From NCBI RefSeq assembly GCF_964213995.1, contig NC_135809.1:86552001-86616000 (forward strand): a stretch of 64,000 nucleotides of DNA. Direction: 5' to 3'. The position numbers and the translations under genes were made by a program. Below, piece after piece: positions 37,265 to 51,329 of this stretch (the first letter of the stretch is position 1; each line of letters begins with the position of its first letter). The notes under the pieces are model-generated. The model did not search any database. It saw only the letters and a list, made by a program, of their open reading frames with translations, and had not been told where the DNA came from. This DNA comes from Mustelus asterias. Its lineage: Eukaryota.

Positions 37265-38572
37265 CCTTGATTTGATTTGATTTATTATTGTCACATGTAT
37301 TAACATACAGTGAAAAGTATTGTTTCTTGCACGCTATACAGACAAAACATACTGTTCATTGAGAAGGAAACAAGAGAGTGCAGAATGTAATGTTACAGTC
37401 ATAGCTAGGGTGTAGAGAAATATCAACTTAATGCAAGGTAAGTCCATTCAAAAGTCTGACAGCAGCAGGGAAGAAGCTGTTCTTGAGTCGGTTGTATGTG
37501 ACCTCAGACTTTTGTATCTTTTTCCTGATGGAAGAAGTTGGAAGAGAGATGTCCGGGGTGCATGGGGTACTTAATAATGCTGGCTGCTTTGCCGAGGCAG
37601 CAGGAAGTGTAGACAGAGTCAATGGATGGGAGGCTGGTTTGCGTGATGGATTGGGCTACATTCACAACCTTTTGTAGTTCCTTGCGGTCTTGGGCAGAGC
37701 AGGAGCCATACCAAGCTGTGATGCAACCAGAAAGAATGCTTTCTATGGTGCATCTGTAAACGTTGGTGAGAGTCATAGATGACATGCCAGATTTCATTAG
37801 TCTTCTGAGAAAGTAGAGGCGTTGGTGAGCTTTCTTAACTATAGTGTCGGCATGGGGGGACCAGGACAGGTTGTTGGTGATCTGGACATCTAAAAACTTG
37901 AAGCTCTCAACCCTTTCTACTTCATCCCTGTTGATGTCGACAGGGGAATGTTCTCCTTTACGCTTCCTGAAGTCGATAATCTCCTTCGTTTTGTTGACAT
38001 TGAGGGAAAGATTATTGTTGCCGCACCAGTTCACCAGATTCTCCATCTCATTCCTGTATTCTGTCTCGTCATTGTTTGAGATCTGACCCACTGTTATCGT
38101 CAGCAAACTTGAAAATTGCATTGGAGGGGAATTTGGCCACACAGTCATAGGTGTATAAGGAGTATAGTAGGGGGCTGAGAACACAACCTTGTGGGGCACT
38201 AGTGTTGAGGATGATCGTGGAGGAGGTGTTGTTGCCTATCCTTACTGATTGTGGTCTGTGGGTTAGGAAGTTCAGGATCCAGTCGCAAAGGGAGGCGGCG
38301 AGGCCCAGGCCATGGAGTTTGGAGATGAGTTTCGTGGGAATAATAGTGTTGAAGGCTGAGCTGCAGTCAATGAATAGGAGTCTGACATATGTGTCCTTGT
38401 TATCTAGGTGTTCCAGAGTTGAGTGCAGGGCCAGGGAGATGGCGTCTGCTGTGGACCTGTTGTGGCGGTAGGCAAACTGTAGTGGATCCAGGTAGTCTGG
38501 GAGCCTGGAATTGATTTGTGCCATGACTAGCCTTTTGAAGCACTTCATAATGATGGATGTCAGAGCCACTGG
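37265..38572 (-). mobile_element. Rex1/Babar-like LINE, 5' truncated, frameshifted
   Basis: ORFs 38069-38569 and 37504-38199 with [30 protein letters not shown] and KKAHQRLYFLRRL; (TCAAA)n tail. Confidence 0.95.
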
Positions 38573-38574
38573 CC

Positions 38575-39490
38575 AACAGAGGGGGAGTTATTAGAGAGTC
38601 TCAATATAGATTCTGGAAGAGAAGGTCCTATCACCAACTTCGTTAAATTTTTTTATTAGGTTGGTAGACAGTTCAGTTGACATTTTGTGCCATGATTTTT
38701 AAAAGGAATTTGACAAGGTGACACAGAAAATGACTACTTAGTAAGACATGGGATTAGCTAGCAGAAGATTATTAATAGTAGTAATTCTGCATTGGGACCA
38801 GTTAACAGTAGAGTCCAGCAAGGTTGGATGTTGGGGTTCATTTTTTTTATCATACTCATTAATATTCTGAATAAAGGCATATAAGAAATTATCTGCAAGT
38901 TTATGGATAATAAGATTTGTACGAGTGTTAGGACCATAGCTGAAAAATCTAGATTCAAAGTATTATGTACAGCTCTGGATGCTACACTATAAGAAGGATG
39001 TGAATGCATTGGAGAGAGTGCAGAAGAGGTTTACAATGATAGTTTCAGGGATGGGAAACTTTAGTAATGAGAATAGACTGGAGAGGTTGGGATTGTTCTC
39101 TTTGGAGAGAAGAAGGCTGAGAGGAGATTTGATAGAGATGTTCAAAATCATGAGGGGGCTGGACAGAGTTGATAGGGAGAAACTGTTCCTGCTTTTAAAA
39201 GGATCAAGAACAAGAGGGCACACACTTAAGGTGATTTGCAAAAGTTGCAAATATGGTATGAGAAAAATCTTTTTCATACAACGAGTGATTCGGGTCTGGA
39301 ATGTGTGTGGTGGAGGCAGGTTCAATTGAAGCATTTAAGAAGAAATTAAATAACTATTTGGATAGGAATAACGTGCAGGGGTATGGGGAAAAAGCAGGGG
39401 AATGGCATTAAGCCATAATGCTCATTTGGAGAGTCGGTGCAGACATGATGGGCCAAATGGCCACCTTCTGCGCTGTAACGATTCTGTGAA
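38575..39490 (+). mobile_element. CR1 fragments (old RT piece plus a younger 3' end from ~38970)
   Basis: HYKKDVNALERVQKRFT...LFSLERRRLRGDLIE...TRGH. Confidence 0.85.
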
Positions 39491-40658
39491 AGTATTTACG
39501 AAGAAGAAAATGAGTCAATTTCTAGAAGATGGAATTCAGTATAGTTAAATGTAATGTTATACATGAGGATAGCACCAAACATACATTTGTCCAATATGTA
39601 GGGCTGCAAACCTAATGCTGTTGAATAAGAAATTGTACCTGAATTCACAAGTCCCACAAAATTAATACATATGTGTTCAGATGATTAATTACAAACCAAA
39701 AATTACAATTCCATCCTTTCATAAATCCTTGGTTAGGCTTCATTGAGAACACTGTCTGATTTAGGTCCTTTTGCATGAAAGATTGATGCCCCAGAAAAGG
39801 TTTATGGGAAAATCATTAAATTGATACCTGGTTTAAAGTAGTTATTACAATTGATTTAAAAATAGTTATTTTTGTGGTTATATTCTGCTTCTCCAAGGAG
39901 CTATACAGTTGGCTGGAGGGTGGGAAGAAAAGGAAATAGCAAGTCATGGAGTGTATAGGTTGCACATGACATTATGGAGCAGGTTTGACAGACCAACTGG
40001 AATTTTCCCCTCATTTAATTCAGCAATTCCCTTTCACAATGATGGATACCAGGGACTTGCTGTAAATTGCTAACAGAAGCAACAGCTTGTATTTATATAG
40101 CATCTTTAATGTAAAAAAATATTCCAAGGCCTTCCACAGAAGTGTCATCAAGTTGAAACCTAACACCAAGCCATACAGAGACAGGTGACCAAATGAGAGG
40201 TCAAAGAGATACGTTTTACAGAGTGTTTTAAACATGTAGGAACTGGAAAGATTTAAGGAGGGAATTCCAATGCATTTCAAGATAGTCTAGATACTGGACG
40301 GAGGAACAATCATAGACAGAAAGAATGCGGATGAAAGCACTTCTGGCATACCTGGGTATACATACCAGGTGACTGGATTGTAGTAGTAATAGTAGGCAAA
40401 TGAATTCCACAAATGCTTAGGGAACAGTTAACAGGTGCTTCAGGTGTACCTCAAAATATTATGCAATGAACTGCCCAAAGCAGAAAAACAGAATTTTCAC
40501 AGTGACACAGGACAGATAATTTGGAGGCTGTTAATAATGAAGGAATTTTATTGGCAACAAGAAACTTTAGTCTGGTAATGAGAGTATTAGTTGTGGATTC
40601 AATTAACAATGGCATTAAACAGTGGTTGCATCTCAACAGTGGAACCCTGGATTGTTAT

Positions 40659-40962
40659 TTTAAACTTTATTTATTGGTGTCACAAGTAGGCTTACATTAT
40701 CACTGCTATGAAGTTACTGTGAAAATCCCCTAGTCGCCACACTCTGGCCCTATTCAGGTACACTGAAGGAGAATTTAGCATGGCCAGTGCACCTAACCAG
40801 CACGTCTTTCGGACTGTTGGGGGAAACTGGAGCACCCAAAGGGAACCCACGCAAACACGGGGAGAACATGCAGACTCCGCACAGACAGTGACCCAAGCTG
40901 GGAATCGAACCCGGGTCCCTGACATTGTGAGGCAGCAGTGCTAACCACTCTGCCACCATGCC
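40659..40962 (-). mobile_element. V-SINE with alternative tail, inserted in the Copia protease region
   Basis: same tail type as 28885-29168. Confidence 0.85.
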
Positions 40963-41594
40963 ACTTCAATGGATCATCTAAAATGTTACATAGATTCCCT
41001 CCGTAGTGAGGATCAATTCTGTTCAATCTGATCAATATAAGTTCAGGGAGTTTGATGGTTGAACTTGTTTCAGGTTCAGTATGATGACACATTGGGTCAC
41101 TAAAAAGAATGATGATTTCATGCAAAATAGCTGGAGTGAGCCATTTTATTAGTATTGATGTGGTCTCTAGTGAAATACTTTTGAGGTTAAATAAGCTTTC
41201 CATGAAAAAGACATAAATGAAACAACATGAAGCTTGATAAAGTGATTGTTTTTGGAAAGTCATTGGATTAACAGTTTACTCATTCAGGGCATTATTTTGC
41301 CCCCTTAACAAATGTTTCTAATCAGAATGTTAGAGAAACCTTAGTGGCAGGTGATAAGACTCAGAGAAAAAAAGAAAATTGCCTTCAAGTGACACAGACA
41401 ATTTGTTTATCGTCCTTGTCGAAGATTAAAAACCCTGCTAAAAGATGCAGTTGTGGTTGACAAAAAATATACAAGGCTCATCAAAGAGATTAATGCAAGA
41501 TGTGAAATCTGTTAATAGTATGGAATGCCACTGCCACACCCAATTGTAAGCCTTCCATTTGTATGTGAATTCAATGAGGTAGTTGCCACGGGTC

Positions 41595-41853
41595 TAAAGT
41601 TTATTTATTAGTCACAAGTAGGCTTACATTCAGACTGCAATGGAGCTACACTCTGCTCAGGTACCTTGTTCAGGTACACTGAGGGAGAATTTAGCATAGC
41701 CAATTCACCTAACCTGCACATCTTTGGATTGTGGGAGGGCACCGGAAGAAACCCCCACAGACACGGGGAGAATGTGCAGACAGTGACCCAAGCCGGGAAT
41801 CGAATCCAGGTCCCTGGCGCTGTGAGGCAGCAGTGCTAACCACTGTGCCACCC
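41595..41853 (-). mobile_element. V-SINE with alternative tail, inserted in the Copia integrase region
   Basis: AAAGTTTATTTATTAGTCACAAGTAGGCTTACATT...GCAGTGCTAACCACTGTGCCACC. Confidence 0.85.
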
Positions 41854-44800
41854 TAGGTATAGGACAAAGATAGGAATATTTTCATATTACACTTTATATA
41901 CATGACAACCAGATTTTTGTCTTTTTACAGTTACACATGACAAGGGAAAAGGGGCAATTGTAGATCAAGTCCTGGAGAAATGGATAATGACCAGACTTGG
42001 GGCAGCAGTTAAGTTTCTAACTGGAGGAGAATTTCCTCATGATACATTTAGAGACATATGTGAAAACACAAACATTGTTATTATGAATGCCACAACTAAA
42101 AGATCTTTCAGCAATGTAGTCTGTGGTACAAAGAAATGGCAGGTTGATAGGATTTCCTGAAGCATTTCATCTATCAGATAAACCAAACTGCAAGTTGATA
42201 ACTGGACTGACCCGAGAGATTCATGCTAAGGTATTTGTTTCAGATGGATGAAGGTATAGTCTATATCAATTGGAAGATGGGAGGAATCCCAAATTACTTT
42301 GTGCTCGGTGATAATCGTTCTACCCAAGAGGGGGCTACAATTAACTCAATTTCAGCAGATTTGAATGCTTTATATGCAGAGATGGACTTCCATCAAGCTT
42401 GAGGTCTCAGAGAAAATTCAGATAGCTCTAAGGCATCGTATAAGACTGTCTGAGATAGGTTTGCAATTTGGAGATGTTGCACTACAAAAGAGAGGACCAT
42501 AGGAATTGAAAAGCCCTGGTAAGGGTGAGCTGATAAGACAGTGGTTATCCAACATGGAAATTAATTTGGACTATTAAGGGACATTCCTCATGGTTCATTA
42601 GAATTGGCTACAAACTGTCATAGTCTGAGCAGCTGATAGAAGACACTCTGTACCTCACATTCTCATGTGTTTCGTGATGATAGTCTTGAGGAGCAGAATA
42701 CAATAGATCAGAGGCTGGATGGTGGCTGGCTGAGTGATCATGATGCACTGGACAGGTTTATCATACCCAGTGCCTAATTTTATAAAGTAGAGACCTGGAT
42801 GACAAATGTTGTGAAAGGATCAGGTGAATGGAGGAGTGTGACTATTGAGATGTGCAAGAGAATCTACTGGCAGGTTTAATATCAGTTTATTGTTCAAGAT
42901 GATGGCCAAGAAGTGAGGTCTGTGGACTGGCAGGATTATGTAAAAGAACAGAAAGTAAGAAAGCACAAAGCAAATTCTAATAAACGATCTGAGAGTGATT
43001 CTCGTGTTGGAAAATGATCAAGTACAGGAGAGAGAATTCTGATCATGTGAAGGAAGTCATATAGTAGCGGTCCCAAAATGCATCAAAATGCCAGTAGAGG
43101 CTGCATATTTTATATATTATGCAATGTAAAGAGGGCTTCTAGTCCTGTCTTATGACAGGACTAGAAGCAGAAGTCCTCATGACCATGAAGGTTTGGTAGC
43201 TGCCAATAAATTAGAGAGGGGAAAAAAATGAAAGCATTTAGACAGATGAAAGGAATTTGGAGTTTGTTGTGAAGTACCAGGTAAGGGCCAGCCAATCTTG
43301 TTGCATAGATGGATTTGTACTGAAAAGTTTTTTGCAGATGAGACTTACGAGGCTAAAGCGAGGCTAGTTCTCAGGGTTTTGAAGAGTGACTGGGCAATGC
43401 AGAAGTTAGTGTGGGACACTCCCCCCACCCACAAAAGCCATGCTTCCGTTGGGTGAAAACCTTCAAAGTGAAGTGTTTCTGAAATCACTGAAAGATGCAA
43501 GTGATGAAAAAGGGAAAAAATTGAAAATAAATAAATGTACTTCTGGCTTGAATGATGCCTCAAAGGTGTTTTTAATCAAAATTGACTGTATTTAACTAAA
43601 AGCAAATCCTGAAATGTTTTATTGATATCAGAAAAGGAAACTTTCAGGCATCTTTATGATGCTTGTTGATATTTTCTTATGGGTGGTACTATGGAATCTC
43701 AGAAATGCATTATTAATAAGATTAAAGTGGAATTTAAGATTTGAAATCGGGCATCGGGGCTTTTAAATATATTGGCTTAGACATTAAGCAGAATAGGTCT
43801 AGAGTAACTTAGAATCAGTGATCTTATAGACTCATCGAGTTTTTCAGCACAGAAAGAAGAGGTCCTTTGGCCCATAATATCTGCGCCGACCATCAAGCAC
43901 CGATCTATAGTAATCCCGTTTTACAGCACTTGGTCCATAACGTTAGGAAATATTATTCCTATCATTATTAACCGTGCTAGGTCATCACAGAAAAGTGATG
44001 TTACTTCTAAAGAAAAAACAGAGCAGTTGCAAAGCTTGATTGGTCAGTTGAATTGGTTATGTGCTCAGACAAGACCGATTACTAATTTTGATGGAATGGG
44101 ACTAAATACTACGATTAAGCACCGTAAAGTCGAGGATGTTTTCAGGGCAAATAAATATGGACATTGTGTACTTCCATTTCTAACCTTGGGTGACCAGAGA
44201 ACATGAAATTAGTTATTTTTATTAATGTCGCATGCCAATCTTCCTAATGAGTATTCAGAATATTTTTGGTGGGTGAAAATGGGAAATGTTGCCTTTTAGC
44301 CTGGGAGCTAATGAACTAAATACTTTCGATGTAGAAACACTGGCTCTTGTGGAAGCAGAGGATATGGAGTTCTATTTTAGGGGAAATTCTATGTCAGAGG
44401 TGCTGAAAATAGTTTTTTCATTGAATTTATTCTGGGATAACATTCACTCAACAAAAAATGTAAGTGAAAAATTCTTAAGAATGACCTTACTGGCATGAAA
44501 CAAATGTTGGGGAAAAAAAGGAAACCTCTGAGATCAAATCGGTTGATGCAAGTTATCAATCCTCTGACTGTTTAGCGAGAAGGAATGCTTGTGCCAAGAC
44601 ATTGTTGGGCATTCTAGTGGAGCGTTGTCTTGTAATGTAATACTTTATATAAAGAATATGGAAAAAACATTTTTCTTCAATTTACTTTGAACAAGAACAC
44701 AAAATTAGGAACGGAGAGATCATATGATCCGTACAGCCTGATATACCATTCAATAAGATTGTGACTGATCTTGCATTTTTGATTCCATTTTGCAACACTA

Positions 44801-45616
44801 CTACGGGACTGATCGAATAGAAAGCAAATCCCTTTATTCCCTGAGAGACCAAATATCTGCATATCCCAGCCTCATATTTATTCAAAGATGGAGCACCCGC
44901 AAGCCTCTGGGCTAGAGGATTTGAGTGAAGTAATTTTTCCTCATCTCATTCCTAAATCATTGGCATGTATCCTGAGAATGCTCCCTTGTGTTTTAGAAAA
45001 ACTGTTGTGAACTTTTGATTATTAAAGTTTAACTTAAAGGAAAGAAGATAACTTGTTATTTGTACAAATTAAGGATAAGCAAGTAGAGGACGTTTATTAT
45101 TTGAGAACATAGAAAGAGACATATCCACAGCTAGTGGGTACCATGGAGACTGGGGTGCATCATTGCCCCCTGCTAAAGTCATTTTGGTTTAATTAGTTAA
45201 GTTTTCTTTAAAGTTTTGTGTTGTTACAGTACCCCATCAGGGGCGGTCACACCCTTTCATTTTTGATTTATTGATTTTTATTTTCTCGAGTATAAAGACT
45301 GGAGGGCAAGCGATCTGGCCGTGGGGGAGGAGGCGGTCGCACGGGGATCGCAGGGCTGGCCAGCGATTGAACTGGCTAGCAATCGGGAGGCCAGCAGTGC
45401 AGGGCCACTGTGCATGTGCCGATCTCAGCGCTGCCAGATCGGTGCATGCGCAATGGCCCACTCAGTACTACGCTGCCGGCATCTCCAGCGGGAAAACGCC
45501 CCGCCTCTGAATTTCAATGTATTTCATGCTGAGGCACTCTGAAGTGCAGAGTGAATTTGACACTGAGGCGGCGATTCTCCCAAAAAGAAATGATGTGTTT
45601 CACTATGTGAATACAT

Positions 45617-45950
45617 GCGGCACGGTAGCACAGTGGTTAGCACTGCTGCTTCACAGCACCAGGGACCTGGGTTCGATTCCCGGCTTGGGTCACTGTCTGT
45701 ATGGAGTTTGCACGTTCTCCTTGTGTCTGCGTGGGTTTCCTCCGGGTGCTCCGGTTTCCTCCCACAGTCCAAAGATGTGCGGGCTAGGTTGATTGGCCAT
45801 GCTAAAATTGCCCCTTAGTGTCCTGAGATGCGTAGGTTAGAGGGATTAGCGGGTAAATATGTAGGGATATGGGGGTAGGGCCTGGGTGGGATTGTGTTCT
45901 GTGCAGACTCGATGGGCCGAATGGCCTCTTTCTGCACTGTAGGGTTTCTA
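45617..45950 (+). mobile_element. HE1-like V-SINE, young
   Basis: highly similar to the 10080 and 27689 copies. Confidence 0.92.
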
Positions 45951-48099
45951 GAATCTGAACTGAGTCAAGATTGGCTTCTGGTCTTCTCCTTCAAATGGCA
46001 ACAATTATGACCGAAGATAACAAAGCATGGAAGCCAATGGTGGAGCATTGAACATCACGGCTGCAAAGAGGCCAGAAATGGACGTTTACCGAAATTGTTA
46101 GATTGTAGGGTTAGTGGAGGCTGCAAAGCAGGGAGGAGTGAGGCCATGAAGAAATTTGAGAATAAGAATGGGAGTTTTAAATTGAGGCATTAATGGAACC
46201 GGAGCCAATGTAGGGCAGCAAGCAAAGGAATGGTGGTGATTGGGGCTTGGTATGAGCGAGCAGGGTTTTGGATGAACTCAAGTTTACAGACGGTGTTAGA
46301 TGGAAGGTGGGTCAAGCGGAACTGACTTTTCTGAACTTTAGTGCAACTATCTTGACCTGGCTTTATAATCAAACAACATTCAGATGAAATATGTTGACCT
46401 TGATATGTTGCGTTTTGGTAAACGAGTTTGCCAGTCCAAATTACATTGTGTTTATTTTTAAATTATATTTTTTTAAAAGTCAGGATTTTTCATCTTTTTG
46501 TCCTTTACTGGTTTTTATCCTGTTTTCTTTCCCTCTGGTGGTGCCTTTTCCATGTTTCCTCTGAGTCTCAAGGTGTCTCTTACCCCAATGTCCATGTGAT
46601 ACAAAATAAGTATTAACTGTATCTTAAGCTGTACAAGGAATCTGGGACAAACACAGTAATAACAATACGTGAGGGTAGGAGTATTCTGGTCGCTGAAACA
46701 ATTTGCAACACCACTCTGATCCAATAGAAAGAAGCTTCAACTCATGATGCTGTTACAATGTATGTGAAAGTGCGTGATAGTTGCTTAGAGCAATGTCTTT
46801 GCATCATTGCTTATCATGAACTCATGAAGAGACCTGTATTGATCAGATCCCATACTTTTAGTTAAATTTTAATGGAGCAGTGGAATAGTTGGCTTTTTAT
46901 AAAAGGTTCAAAAGTGAAATTTAAATGATCTGCTTCAATCTCCCCTCTAGCCTTGAGAGCTCAAATGACGTTGTTAATTGGCCATTTCTTGTGCCTTCTG
47001 GCCATCAATTGGTCAATCCCACCATTGATTTTGATGGGTAACTGCTGCCAATATAGTGTGGGGTCGGGACCCACATTTGACCCCATCATCAACGTCCCGA
47101 CCCACAATGGAAAATCCTGCCCCAAAGGTTGCCAGGTTTCATTACTATCCTGTGGTGAGTTGGCTCATCTCAACCAAGTTGGGGTTGTTACCACTGTCAA
47201 TTATGGAAAGCAAAATCACCAAAAGGTGACCACAGTAATGTTGGCTATGGGAGTGTGCATATGTGTGTATATGTAATTTGGACAACGACAGGGTTAGACT
47301 ATGATGAACCTTCCCTGCCACCCCACTCAAGTCCTTCGCCCTTATCAATTATCAGATACCCTAACATAGTGTAAGCTTAAAATTTAAAGTCCGTGCTATC
47401 TAGGCTTTCCTGTCTTGGCTCTCACACAAATAATGACTACTTGAGGAAGGGAGTTGTTGCCTGGGAAATGTATACCAGTGTGAGTCATTTGTCTGAGGAT
47501 ATGGGGCACACTAGTTAGAGAATTGGAAAATAGTGCAAAGTTAGCCTCACATTTGTTGCAGTTATACTGGTGTGAAACACAAATGGTGTGAAATTATGAT
47601 CTCGTGGTGATCACACAGTATTTATCTTAAATCAATCTAAATTAAATCTCACATTTTGCAGTGCTGTAAAGTAAGCTGCTTCACACTGATGTAAATTGAG
47701 TGGCATTTCTGGCTTGCTGATTGCTCTCCATTTCCATCAGCATGAAAATAACTTAAGATAAACTATGTGCAAAGTGGGCAACCAAACGACAATCAACGTG
47801 AAGCAAATCATGTCCGTTCATTCTGCTTGATCATTTGTAATAAGAAAATTCATCTCACAGAGTAAATTCAAAGCAGCAGGAAGATTTCAACTCAAACTGA
47901 ACAGAATCCACAGACACCATAGTTATGGGCTGATGCAAAATAGTAAGATAATCTGTCCAGTGATCTCTTGCGTGAAGAAAATCTGTTTCATAAAAAGAAC
48001 TGGAGCTGGATCTTTGCCACAAATGTGGGAAACCGGAACTGACTGAAATTCAGATTTTCATAGGGGTGAGCCCGTAGTCGACATGGCATAGGTTTCCTG

Positions 48100-48925
48100 T
48101 CTAATTAAAGCTAGTGGGGGCAGGAATTGAGGCAGGTGTCAGACACCCAAGGCAGCCACCACTGAGGCCATTGGTTCTTGCTGCTGGTTGTCCTGAGGAA
48201 GAGAGTTGGTGCCAAAGCCTGCCCCTGCAGCACAGGGATGTGAGATGCCACAGGAGAGCTGAAGGCCTGGCACCCATGAGGGAGAAGGAGGTGGCAGGAG
48301 GAAGCCATCTCTCTGTTCATCATCATATCCTTTTGCCTCTCATTCTTCCTCTTCTTCTACCACCTTCTGCTCCTGGTCCTCTCCGATCATCTGTCTCCTT
48401 CCAGAGACTCACCATCGCAAAGGGCCACATCTCTCTGGAGGACCAGGTTATGGAGTGCTGCAAACCACCACAATGATGAACATAGCCTTCCTTGCAGGAG
48501 GATAATGTACGGCACTATCCAGTCCAGGCACTGGGCCTAGTGTCCTCTCAACCTGCAAAGACCGAGTAGTTGTGAATTTTATTTGTAGTCCAGTATTGGT
48601 GAAGAGGTGCTCTGTCACCCGGAAGATGCACCAACATGCAGCCACCTGTGAAATGACACAGGTATTGCACTGATGAGGGCACAAATGTGAGTGGCCATCT
48701 GCCTCGAGTGTTGCAGTCTCCCTCGGCACTGGTTTAGCTATCTTTGCCTTTGTCTGTAATCCTGTGCTCGGGGTGGTATCTCATCCTTGCTCCTCGTCCC
48801 TCTCCTTTTGCATCCTCATACCTTGGTCCTCTGCCTTTCCTGTGCAGGGTATTGTTCCTTATCTTCCATGTCTTGATTTCTGAGGGTACAGCACCCATTT
48901 CTAACTGCAATCTTCCAGGTGCACA
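48100..48925 (-). mobile_element. heavily deleted Harbinger nuclease fossil
   Basis: CVISQVAACWCIFRVTEHLF...QVER and AVHYPPARKAMFIIVVVC resemble HARBI1-type motifs. Confidence 0.55.
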
Positions 48926-48929
48926 CATG

Positions 48930-49054
48930 GGCCAGAATTTTACTGCCTCGCCCACCCCAGAATCAGGGCAGATGAGGCTCGCAGAACGGCATTCTCCATT
49001 GGCCTCGGATGGGATCTTACGAGCCTCGGGTGGGCGAGGCAGTAAAATTCTGGC
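48930..49054. mobile_element. 125-bp MITE with 27-bp perfect TIRs
   Basis: GCCAGAATTTTACTGCCTCGCCCACCC (48931-48957) / GGGTGGGCGAGGCAGTAAAATTCTGGC (49028-49054). Confidence 0.85.
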
Positions 49055-50539
49055 AATGGAGTCCAAACAGACTCACCCACTGCTCTGATTTCCATGGGAT
49101 GCAGAAGTGCGATGATCCCCTGAACTGGCAAAGTTCTTAACGCTGGCTCCTCATCTGACCCGTGATGAGCAGCTACAACTTTTATTTAAAAGGGAAAAAC
49201 CCTTTAACCTGTGATATGAATGACTAATAGCTTTTGAAACTTTTCCAGCCTCTGTGACTGCCCTATCGATATGGTCCCCGTCTACCTTCACCTTGTCCAA
49301 GGCAGACGTCCTCAAAACCCAGTAAATGCAAGAAGTTTCTGGAGACGGTCTTTTATCAAGCCCTTAACACGATTAATTGGCCTGTTTAGGAGCCTGATGA
49401 GTTTGGAGACCTGTGTTCTGCCCGCTCTCATATCGCTGATGCCAGAAACAGGTGAGACATCCAGCCACACAATATCGCTGTTGTTTATTCCTGCTGACCA
49501 CCTCTATTCTGACCAAAATCGCTCCAAGAATAACTGGCCCTGATGCATAGAATTAAAAGTTTTTCTCGGATAAAGTACTATGGATTCCATACAATTGGAT
49601 GGAATTAATAATTGTATTGCTAATTTTCAGTGAACAGCTAAAATATTAATGAATTTGAAAACCGTCTATCAAATCTTTGATAATATCTCTTAACTGACAT
49701 CAGTAACGTGACACCAGTCTCATTTTCATTTGCCAGGAAAGGGAAAAGGACATGTGCAGATTAGACCTAGTACTCCCAACCTATGAGCAGTTCAGGCTAT
49801 TATCTAGTCATTAGAACAACGCTATTTGTGGAATCTTGTGGTGTGCAAAAATGGCTGCCACATTGCAGGAGACATATATTTCAAAAGTATTCCTTTGCTG
49901 TAAAATGTTTTTCAACGTTTGGGGGAAATGCAAGCTGCTATATTTATCCAAGTTCTTGCTTGCTTCTATCTCCATCCTGTGCCACTAAGCATGCTTTTAT
50001 AAAGGCACTCTGAATTTCTAATGGAAATTGTCATCAAGCTATCCACAAGTTTTATGAACAAACAGTCGGACTCTTGTGCTAGGGATGTGTCATCACTTCT
50101 TATCTGATACCATTCTTTGTAAGGTGTGTATATGGTATGAAGGCCCAGGGCAGACTCCAACTGTGAATGTGTTCAAAGAACATTTGGCATGAGGATGAGT
50201 GTTCTAGGCTCTTGAATGTTCACTGCAAAAATGAAAATTTAAAAGCACAGCTTGTTCCTTCTGTCATAATCCATTACACAGCAGGAATGTCTTGTACACA
50301 TGGCACGTAGCTACACGGGGAGGGGGGAGGGTGAACATTTTTCAGTTTATATCACCATCCCTGCTCTTAGTGACTAACCTTTCATCCTCAAGATATATTT
50401 TTTTCTGTCTCAAGATGGAATGTTCCCCCACCTGGAGCTATTTTGCTTATTAATTGTTGAGATTAGTTATGATGAATAATAATGTGAAACTCCATAGCGT
50501 GCATGCACTCATTTTGCCTTCATTATTTTGTCATTCCAC

Positions 50540-51125
50540 ACATACCGTACCCAACCAGACCATGCTTGCAAAACAGGCCGGAATACTCCAGCCGTTCAGG
50601 CCCTGCTGCTGGCGTGAATAGTTTGAGAATCCTGCCCACAGTGTCCAACATTAGATGCGATTCCACAATTGGACAACACTTGCCTCAGTGTGCTAAGAAT
50701 TATGTTGAAAACCAATTTAGAATTGTCAGTTGGGCTTGTAGTGTGGCGCATTTGTGTATACTGGAAGCTCCATGTATTAATACACAGGACCCTGTTCTTT
50801 GCAAACAGATTGAACACGTACACATATTGTATTTATTTCAAATAAACAAAATAAGTGACAGCCATTCGCTGATTCATTCCCTGGGGCAATGATCAGTCAG
50901 GGTCAAGCTGCCCGGTTTAAATTTCAAACAATGCCTGGCAGTTAGCATCAACTTGTCAGTCACCCATCAACTGGTGCATTCTCCATGGCAGTGCTTCCTC
51001 CCAACCAATCAGCATTCTCTTCCCATACAGTATAAATTGTTATTTTTCCCCTTACACTGGTATTCTTGTGAAGTGTCCTGATGAGTGCAAATGAAAGACT
51101 GTAATATGTCTTTTTTTCAGCAATA
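50540..51125 (+). mobile_element. Penelope-like element (third family), 3' fragment
   Basis: DSTIGQHL...NQFRIVS...LCILEAPCINTQDPVLCKQ (GIY-YIG C-terminus); CTGATGA...GAAA hammerhead remnant at 51078-51096. Confidence 0.7.
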
Positions 51126-51329
51126 CGTGGACTACCAAATAACTATATTTTATCCTAATGTAATCTATTGACTAACATCAGTAATAGGCGTGGCTGTTCT
51201 CTTGATGGTCATTGGCTAAATTCACTAGCTCGGAGAGAGTGCGCATACTATTCCATCTGAAATACTCCAAAAATCCATGCTGGGTGTGGAAGTGAGAAGT
51301 TAATTTCAACTGGTTCTCTAAAGGAGCAA

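Larger units (their letters stand above)
40330..44640 (+). mobile_element. decayed Ty1/Copia (GalEa-like) LTR retrotransposon internal region
   Basis: in Copia order: gag knuckle NRCFRCTSKYYAMNCP (~40430), protease (SGCISTV; IDVVSSEILL; FTHSGHY), integrase (EKWIMTRLGAAVKFLT-GGEF; SEKIQIALRHR), RT (FKYIGLDIKQ; QSLIGQLNWLCAQTRP), RNase H (ETLALVEA; YQSSDCL). Confidence 0.85.
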
